Assembly (NCBI GenBank): GCA_045658925.1
Contig: JAZOVV010000072.1
Span: 17,280 to 81,279, forward strand
DNA length: 64,000 bases
Direction: 5' to 3'
DNA from: Eubacteriales bacterium
Lineage (GTDB): Bacteria > Bacillota > Clostridia > Oscillospirales > CAG-272
How positions within the stretch are numbered: the stretch's first letter is position 1; every line of letters starts with the position of its first letter. The position numbers and the translations under genes were made by a program. Below, one piece after another: positions 25,933-35,800 of this stretch. The notes beneath the pieces are model-generated. The model was not told the DNA's origin. It was given only the letters and a program-made list of their open reading frames with translations, and did no database searches.

Positions 25933-26703
25933 ATGCATATGACGCAAATGCTCGGCGGTCTTTCGCTGGTGCTCTTCCTTGCTCTGTTTTTGATGTGCTT
26001 CTTTCGCGAAAAGCTCAAGCATCCCGTAGTCAATCCGTCGTTTATCGTTGCTTGCGCAGTGTTCTTCTTTTGTTGGAACTACGCAGCCTTTGAGCGCGGA
26101 TGGCTCGAGGATGGCTTTATGACGCTTGAAAACATCAGTCCCTTTATCTGCACAGTCATCCTCTTGACGCCTTTTATGAGCGAAAAAATAAAGAGCTTTG
26201 CGCACTGTGCCATCGCCTTTTTGGGCTTTGGTATGCTGATGGCGCTTTACATCAGCCCCGGAGCTTCCTATTTTTTGGACCACAACCACACGGCAACCTT
26301 TATGCACATCAGCGAGGCGGCTTGCCACCTGGTAATGGCTCTTTACGGATTTTATTTGATTTTGACCGAAACGGTAAAGCTGACTTGGATAAACCTCGGC
26401 AAAGCCGGCATATTTGTTTATGCATCCATCGGTTTTGGCGTGTTCCTCAACTGGTGCTTCCACCTCTCTAACTTTGGTATGGATATGTACGGTGACGCTT
26501 CGATTTACTTCTTAGATATTTTCGGCAGCTTTGAGGTCACCTTTATAGCCTATCTGTTGGGCGTGCTTGCAACACTGCTGTTAGGCTTTTTGTTTGGCAT
26601 ATTCCTGGATTGGTTCTCAAGACCGAAAGAAATCACAGAGACTGTTACCGTTATAGAGCCGGAAGAAATCGCATTCCCCACCGAAACAAAGAATAGACAG
26701 TAA
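25933..26703 (+). CDS. hypothetical polytopic membrane protein (7-8 TM)
   Basis: 256 aa, highly hydrophobic. AGGAGG RBS 8 nt upstream. Starts 4 nt after the LRR gene. Confidence 0.6.
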   Translation: MHMTQMLGGLSLVLFLALFLMCFFREKLKHPVVNPSFIVACAVFFFCWNYAAFERGWLEDGFMTLENISPFICTVILLTPFMSEKIKSFAHCAIAFLGFGMLMALYISPGASYFLDHNHTATFMHISEAACHLVMALYGFYLILTETVKLTWINLGKAGIFVYASIGFGVFLNWCFHLSNFGMDMYGDASIYFLDIFGSFEVTFIAYLLGVLATLLLGFLFGIFLDWFSRPKEITETVTVIEPEEIAFPTETKNRQ

Positions 26704-26707
26704 ACAC

Positions 26708-26747
26708 AAAACCCGTAGTTGCAAATGCAACTACGGGTTTATTTTTG
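26708..26747. terminator. bidirectional terminator
   Basis: AAAACCCGTAGTTGCA..TGCAACTACGGGTTT with T-runs on both strands. Confidence 0.7.
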
Positions 26748-26766
26748 TTTTTGAATTTCCCAATGG

Positions 26767-26794
26767 AGCGCCCGCCCGAGAGCGGGCGCTTTTT
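26767..26794 (+). terminator. second hairpin + TTTT
   Basis: AGCGCCCGC-CCGAGA-GCGGGCGCT-TTTT. Confidence 0.55.
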
Positions 26795-26825
26795 GGTTGG
26801 TTGAACCAACTTGTTTTTGGGAAGA

Positions 26826-29800
26826 TTACATCAAACCGTTCTTTACAAGGAACTGCTCGATGTAGAGGTAGATATCGTCAAAGGTCATCAGACCCTTGCC
26901 AATAGAAACCTTGAGGTAGGATGCCGGGAATGCTACGTAGAATTCGTAAGGCAGGAATTCCTCAAAGTCCTCATAGGTGAACAAGCCATATTCCTCGATG
27001 TCTGCTTGCATCTTTTCCTCGTCGTAAACAAGATCGTCACCGTACTCAAAGATGTTAAACAATCCGGTAATACCGCCGGGGATGGAGAACAAACCGTCGA
27101 CGAAGTAGTTGAGGTGGTAAACAGTTACCAAACTGTAACAACCGGTGTACTCAACTGCGAGGGTTGCATCTGTCATTGTGACACGTTCAAAGCCGTTTTC
27201 ACTTTGCATTGCGAACTCGTGACCGATAAAGTCAGTGTGGTTTTGCTCTGTAATGTAAACGTACTTATTAAGTGTCAAGTCGAAGTATGCGTGCTCGTAG
27301 ATGAGCTTGGTGGTTGTACCATCGCTGAAGGTGAGGGTAATGACGTTGTATTCTTTCCAACCGTCATTCTCAATGAAGATGATGCCTGCGGCTTCATATT
27401 CGCCCGTTTCGTGGTTGAATACGAGCAGAATGTCGTCCATAGTCAAATCTTCAACCTTCTTTTGCGTACCGTCTGCCAAGGTAATCAACGTACCTGCGGT
27501 GATACATTCCTTGTTTCGATAATGAATGTTATACGAAAGCTCTGCGGAACCTACTTCAGTCCAGCTTGTCGGCAAGGTATGATCACCGTTCGACGAGCTT
27601 ACGGTAAACTTAATGTAATGTCCGGGAATGACATAGTATGTTGCATTTGCATTATTCACTGCAGAGGGTTCAGCATACACACCACCGTCGGCGGCAGTCG
27701 AACTAACCTTAATAGCATATTTAGCAGCAACAGCGCTACTTCCGTCAGCATCCTTAGTTGCCGTAACAGAAATCTTTGTTTTGGTTCCCCAAACAATATT
27801 GATTACTGTGTCAGTCGACAAAGAGTAGTCGGTGTTTGCGTTTTCCTTACCAAACTCTGCACCGTTCAACGTCCAAGACAGGAAGTAGTGGAGTTTGTTT
27901 GCATCATCGATTACGCTATCATTTGCCGTTGCATTGGGCAACTTGATAGTCGTGCCGGACATATACCAATATGCCTTGCCATACTCAAGCGTTGCGCTAC
28001 CGTTTGTAATCAAATCGGTGTAAACGCCTTGGTCATTCGCCGTGTAGGTAATGGAAACCTTATCAATCCACTTAGCCGTCAGGGTGTATTCTCCGGAAAC
28101 AGACGTGTCAATAAAGCTGAAGTCTGTTACCTTTTGACCGTTGTAATACCAGCCCTCAAAGTACTTGTTTATTGTTACATCGGTTTGATAGCTATCGGGA
28201 ATGGTGGGCAGAGATGCCGTAGGCAACTGCGAAGGCGTGTAGATAGCAGTATCATTGTCGTAAGGAACGTCACCGAAATGGTCGTTCTCAAACTTGATTG
28301 TAAACTGTTTGCTGGTCCACAAGCCGTAGATGGTAGCATTGCCGCCAGAAATTTCAAGCAATTCAGCACCGCTGATGCTGATGATAAGCTCTGTGCATGC
28401 CGCATCCTTATACCAACCAACAAACGTACCTGTACCCGTAGGTATCGGGAGAGTGATGCTTGCGGTTTCTACGTTGAATTCAATCGCGCCCGGCAATGTG
28501 TTTGCGGGTTCGCTTCCAACTTCCCAACCCTCATATTTAAAGTTGAAGTTGAGCGTGTAAGGTTGAGGCGTCCATTGAGCGGTCAGTGTAATACCGTTTG
28601 CAAGATCTACATTGGCAGGAAGTGCACTGCCTTGGCTTACAATATTGCCGTTTGCATCCTTCCAACCCATAAAGATGTAATGTGCTCTGGTGGGAGTAGG
28701 AAGCTCGGGATATACTGTATCACTCGTGGAAATTATGAGAGAGGATACTGCATCGCCCTCGTTTGCATCAAAGTGAATGGATATAGACGTTTCCCAAACA
28801 CCGTTGACATACTCCCAAGTTTTACCCTTTACGGGAGCAATAGCGGTTTTATCAGCCTGTACAAGCTTTGCTTCCTCTGTAAACGTGTTCCACTCGTTAA
28901 CAGAAGAGAAGATGGAAAGTGCACTGATGTTGGTTATCTCATACATGGTGTAGGAAGTACCCGAATTAATGGTTACTTTTGCTCCTTCGGTATTGGAATA
29001 CACCTTGCCGCCGAAGTAATCGCAATTCAATTCGCCATTGACAGTGAGAATAGCAGCCGGCTTGTTGGGATAACGATAGTGAGCGTTGTGATATGCACAA
29101 TTATCCACAAAGGTTTCGTAAACAACAAGCGTGTTGATATCAACCATTACCCCTTCTTCAATGGTAAGGGATGCACCGTTCATCAACTTGAAGCGTTGTC
29201 CCATTTCAAAGAGCGCTACTTCATTTTCGCCTTGGAGGAGGTTGCCGTTAGCATCCCTCAAATCACTCTTGCAAAGCGTAATATTGTAGTGATACGTCAA
29301 CGGGAAGAAGCAGTCATTTGTACTTACTGTTGCAACATTCTCAATGTCAAGCTTCATCGCTTGCGTCTTGGCTCCGCCATAGATCGTCAAATCACAGATT
29401 TCGGTTGCAGGATCATACTTGGCTTGCAAATAGCTATACGACTTGTTCAAAACAATAGTTGCATCTGCCCTAATCTTATCGCTACCGATAAAGGTTACAG
29501 TGGTCGTATTGTTGTTCTCGGTCGATCCTGTAAAGAGCGACGCCCAAACGGCCAAAGCTCCACCGTAGTAGATTGTCAGCTTGGGAGATACGTTCATCAT
29601 CAAGAATCTGTTGTAAGGAGATACCCAATAAGGACTCTTCATACTGTTTTTTGCGGCTGCCATGTAACTACCGTCTCTGAAATCCTTAATTGTGTAAGGT
29701 TGGAAGAGAGTTGCTCCGGATTGAATAATAACTTCACTGCCATTATTCGCGCTTGACTCACGAATGAAGCCTGCCGCATAGATCTTACTTCCGTTCTCAG

Positions 29801-32800
29801 AAATGATCTTGGCGCCCGCATCGAGAACCAAAGTTGCATGCTTACCTGCGGTAAAGCCCGCGTATTGTGCATGTGCGCCACCGCCGGAGAGCTCACCGCC
29901 AATTTCCAAAATGCCCTTGTTGGTAATGGTCTTGCCTGCGGCAAGAATGACCTTAACGATGCACTTGTTGGGATCTTGCTCGGACGGATAGTGACCTTCG
30001 TTGTTTTCGTGTACTCTATACTTGTCGCCGCCATTGTGCGAAGTATAGCTATTGGAGTTAGTGTAGTCACAAGAACCACCGTGGAGCTCGAAGAAGGGTT
30101 GATCGCCGGTCCATTGGTTTCTACCCATCCTATCGGTTGCAACTCCGTAAGGCAGAAGCAGTTTTACACCGGATTTGATCTCTACGTTTTCTTTGATGTA
30201 GATAGGTCCGAGATCTGCATCGTGAGGCCGTACGCAAACCGTCTCGCCGGATACTGCAGCCGCAAGTGCAGCCTCGATGCTGCCGTACTCTGTGCTATCA
30301 ATCACCGCTACCGTTACAAAATTGATATTGTACTTTGTTGTAACGGTTTTGTAGTTGGCTGTATCGGTAGGTGTAAACGTGAGCTCGATATAACCGCCAC
30401 TGTTTGCAACGAACGTAGGTGCGCCCCACGTAAAGGCACCGGGAACGTTTGCATTTGCGTGCGTTGCGCCCATACCGCTATAAGAGTATGTGAACTGATT
30501 TAGATAGTACTTGTCTTTATTGCCACCGCCAAATGTAGGTGTACCGGTCAACGAGGGTGTTGCTTGGTTGATAACAAATGCAACTTCATCGGTTGTAACT
30601 GCGTCATAGTTGTCGGTCTTATCAACTACTGCTCTTACCTTGTAGTTACCTGCCTTGGTGGGAACAGTCTTGCTCCACGCGCCATCAGCGAAATACTCGA
30701 AGTAGTAAGGAACAGAAAGATTCATCTGAACAGTAGGAGTGCTTGCTGTTTCGTTGTAATTCCAGTTGCTGATTGCAAGACCGGAAAGTGTAACGGTTGC
30801 CTTTGTAATCTCATACGTGACGGTCTTATTGGCAACGTCGCTTGTATCCTCGCCCCAATAAGAGCTATCGGTGTCAAGGAGTTGGAGCTCTACCGAGTAC
30901 GTGCCAACATTTGTACCACCGTTGTTAACAACAACTGTATAAAGTCCCGCGGGAACGGTGGGCTTTTGCAATGTGGTGTTGTACGTCAGGTTACCAATGG
31001 TAGGAACTGCAACAGAGGTTGCAAGAATTTCAACAGAACGGGTTGCAGATACAATCGAGCAGTTGGGGTCGGTTGTGGTGAACTTCAACTCGTAACTGCC
31101 CTTCTTTGTGGGAAGTCCTTCGGTGTATTCACCGGTCGAACCGAGTGCTCTGTATGCAACTGTCCATCCGCCGTACTTAACCTCAACGGTAATGTAGCTG
31201 TTTACTACGTCTTCCGTCGTGCCGTACTGCCATTGAGCATTGTTTCCAATGCTTACGGAAATGGTGTTTTCTACTGCCAGGATGGAGTAGGTCGCCGTTG
31301 CCGTTGCACTTGTGTTATCAACGCTGGTCCAAGCATAGTTTGCGGGAGTGTTGAGCGTAAGCGTTACGGTGTAATCGCCCTTGTTGAGAGGATTCTCTGC
31401 TTCGGTTACGGTATAAATATCGGAAACAAGTCCCGAATACTGTACCTGACCGTTGTAATCCTTGTTTGCAATGCTCGGAACAGGAACAACAGCCTTGGCG
31501 ATTGTGAACGATTGAGCTTCACTCTCTGCCTCGTTGAGGTTATCGTTGCCTGCAAATACTGCCTTGACGTAGTAGGTGCCTGCGTTAACGGGGAGTTCGA
31601 TTTCAGCGGTGCATGCAGCATCGGTGAAATACTTGAATGTGATTTGACCGTTGCTGCTTTGTGCAAAGGTCTCGTTAAAGCTTGCAACAGGCGTCTTAGC
31701 AGATTCGCCATACGTCCAGCCATTGATAACAGGCTTGGAGATAGTAACGTCTGCCTTTTCAACCTTTACGGTAACGGTCACGGTTGCGCCCTTGTGAGTA
31801 TCGGTCTCTGCAAGAGTGATAACCACTTTGTATTCACCTGTGTTGGTAACACCCGTGAATTCGCTGCCGTCCGCCTCGTAGGTGTAACTAAGAGCGTTAC
31901 CGTTCGAAGCAGTAGCGGAAATCATATGAGCACTACCGTTATAGGTAAAGTTGTAAATTTCGTTTGCCGTGATAGACGTGTTGATCTTGGCAATGGTGAA
32001 GGTAGCTTCGGTAACAGACTCTGCCGTAACTTGATAGTTAGCGTTTTCTTCTACCGTTACTCTTACTGTGTAATTATCGGCATCGGTGGGAACAGTTGTG
32101 CTCCAAGTTAAGCCATCTGCAGAGTATTCAACAACGTAAGGAACGTCTCCGACGAATTCTTTGCTGATGGAAACAAGAGGTGCATTTGCCGCTTGACCGT
32201 AGGTCCATCCGTTGATGGTGATCGAAACTGCAACGTCTGCCTTGCCAATGCTGTAAGGAACAGTGGTAGTAGCGGCATCGGTGGTTGCCCACTTGTAGTT
32301 TGCGCTATCCGTCAAGGTCAGGGTTGCGTTGTAACTACCAAAGTTCTTTGCCACATTGCCGGAAACGGTGTACAAACCGGATTCGACAGGAATAACTGCC
32401 GTGATATCGCTACCCGTGTAGGTGTATTCCTTGGTGTATTCGGTAGGAGCGTTAACCGTCTTTTTAGCAACGGTAATGGTAATCTCTACATCACGACGGT
32501 TGTAGTTACCTGTCGCATCGGGAGTAAAGATCGCCTTGAAGCTTTGAGTGCCTGCATTGCCTACTGTGGTAGCTTCGGTTACACCTTCAATGCTCCATGT
32601 ACCTTGAATACCTGTGGGAAGCGTGATGATATCCTTGAGCAGGTCACCGTAAGTTGCGGTGTACTCAACAGTGATATCTTGGGTATTTGTTGCGGGGGTA
32701 ATGCTGTAAGTGAAGGTCTTATTTGCAGTTGTGCCGTCGTTCCAAACGTAGTGTTCGCTCGTCAAAGAGATTGTTGCGGTGAAGGAACCAACATTGGTGC

Positions 32801-35800
32801 GTCCTTCATCTGCAATAACGGCATAACCTGTGCCATCCGACAGATCGGATTTGATGAGACTTCCGCTATAAACGAAGCTCGATTGCATTTGCTTGGGAGG
32901 TGTAATAACTCTCTTGGTAATCGAGAAGTTTATAGTTTCGGTGAGGATGGTGTAGTTATCATCCGTTGTTGTAAATCTCGCTACATAATTACCGGGAACC
33001 TCGGGAAGTTCGGTGCTGTATGCACTGTCGAGGGCGTCGGCAGGTTTATACTCAACCAAAACATCGCCGTGCAATGCGGTTGCCTTGCCTGCGTGATCGC
33101 CTTCGCTCTCATATTCCCAAGAAGAGATGGTAGGCAGTTTGCCTTCAACCCATGCGTTAATAGCGGTAGAAATCACAAACTTGAGGGTGATAGATACATC
33201 CTCTGTGCTCTCCCACTTGTAGTTGTCAGCATCTACAAGAGCAAGAACAACGTCGTACTCACCGTGGTCAACGCCACCGTCATCTACAACGGTGTAAAGG
33301 TCGTTAGAAATCAAACCGGAGTAGAGTCGATCACCTGTGTATTCTTTGGGGTTGATGATCGGCTTTCCAACCGTCTTCTTTGCAACAACAATGGTAATTT
33401 CTACTGTACGACCGTTGTAGTTGCCTACCTCGTCGGGTTCAAAAATTGCCTTGAAGGTGTTGGTGCCTGCATTGCCTACTGTGGTAGCTTCGGTTGCACC
33501 CTCAATGCTCCATGTACCTTGAACGTTTGCAGGAAGCTTGACGATATCCTTGAGCAGATCGCCGTAGGTTGCGGTGTAAGAGGTCTTTTCGAACTCTTGG
33601 GTGTTTTCAATAGAAGTGATATTGTAAACGAGTTCCTTAACTGCGCTTGTGCCATCTTTCCAGATGTAGTTAGTGCTTACAAGCGTTACCGTTGCAGTGT
33701 AAGGTCCTACGTTTGTTCCACCGTTATCAACAACGGTGTAGCCTTCTGCGGCAGTCAGACCGGATGTTTGATTCTGTCCGTTATAAGGCTTATTGGAAAC
33801 AGTGGGAACTGTAACAGCCTTTTGTGCAACCACAAATGCGGTTGCTTCGCTTGCTGCTGCATTCAGGTCGTCGTTGCCTGCAAAGATCGCCTTTACGTAG
33901 TATGTGCCTGCATTGGTGAGATCTGTGATTTCATTCTTACAATCGGCATCGGTGAAATACTTGAGGTTGATTTGACCGTATGCGAATGTCTCATTGAAAT
34001 GAGCAGAAGGTGCCTTTGCAGCTTCACCATATGTCCATCCCTCGATAACGGGTTTAGAAATGGTGACGGTTGCTTTGTTAATCGTTACTTCAACCGTTCT
34101 CGTTGCACCCAAGTAATTGGGACCTTCGGCAACGGTGTAAGTAATGGTGTATTCGCCTGCGCCGATGATTGCGTCAACGGTTCCGTCGACACCCTGCTTG
34201 GTGATAACCTTGGTAACGGTTGCACCGTTGGATGCCTTAACACCGGTGAGCGTAAATGCTGCGCCATTGTAAGATTCTACGTAAGAATCGTTTACGCCAT
34301 CAATAGAAACACTAGCCTTTGCAACGGTAAACTGAACAAAATCAGTGGTATAACCGTTCAGGTTTGTGTTGCCGGCAGCGGTTGCCTTTACGTAGTAGGT
34401 GCCTGCATTTCTGGGTGCGGTAGCACCGATAGAGTTGTAATCTTTGTCGAAATACTCAAGAGTTACGGTGGTGTAATCCTCAAATGTAACGTCATAAGTA
34501 GGAGCATTTGCCGTTTGACTGTATCTCCAACCAGCAATGCTAAAGTTGGAAATAACAATATTTGCCTTGCCGATTGTATAAGCAAGCGTAATAGTAGCGG
34601 ATTCGCTATTGCTCCACTTATAGTTTGCACTGTCGGTAAGCGTCAAGCTTGCCAGGTATCCGCCCGCTCTTACATCGGTATTGGTGTGATTTGCAATATC
34701 GTAGAGGTTCGATGTGGGAATGTCGACAGTAATCGGAGATCCGTTATAAACGTAATCCTTGGTATATTCGGGAACATTAACGGTTTGTTTTTCAATGGTG
34801 AACGCACAGGTTTGAACCAGATCGAAGTAGTTTGCATAAACAACAGTAAATCTTGCAACATACTTGCCTGCATTGGTGGGACGCACTGTGGTGTATGTGC
34901 TATCATCTGCCGATGCAAGCTTGTATTCAATCTTAACATCGCCAAGCACTGCGCTTGCCGAGCCGTTGTTGCCCGCTTGACCGTATACCCAAGAATTGAT
35001 TACGGGTTGAGTGGTCCACGCATTGGTGGCGGGAGTGATACTGTACTCTGCCTCAAAGGTAGATTGTACGTTCGGGTCGTTCCATTCATAACTGGTTGTA
35101 TCGAGAACAACCTTTGCCTTGTACGTACCAACGGTTGTGCCGCCGATATCCTCAACGGTATATCCTTCGGCAGAAGCCAAACCGGAATTGAGGAGCGCAC
35201 CGGTGTAAACCTGCGATTTGTTTGTACCGGAAATTTGAGGTACGTCAATCTTTTTCTTTGCAACTTTTACGGTAATCTCTACCTCGGCGAAATTGTAGTT
35301 TTCGGTTGTGGGGGTAAAGACTGCCACAAATTTGTGCTCGCCAACACTGCCAACCTTGGTGTTTTCATTTGCATTGGTGGTTGCGTCAAGCTCAATGGTC
35401 CAATTTCCTTCGTTGTTCTCGGGGAACTTGACCACGTTGAGCAAAAGGTCACCAAATGCCGCGGTGTCTACGGTGGGCTTGCCGGCATCTGCCTTGGCAA
35501 CTGTTACAGTAGCCGTAACAACGGCTTCCTTATAGTTGGTGGTTGCGGGAAGCGTGAACGTAACAACGTATTCACCTGCATTGAGAATAGAGTCAACCTT
35601 TTGACCGTTCAACTTGTATTCAACAGCAAGTTCACTTACCGTATGGTTTGTGGTAATGCCTTCCAATACAAATGCATTTTTGTTGTAGGTGAAGTCGTAA
35701 TGATCCTTTACGCCCTCAATCTTGGCGGTTGCCTGTTCTATCTCAAGCGTAAACTGACCGGGTACGGAATTATAGTTGGTCTTATACTCATCGTAGGGAG

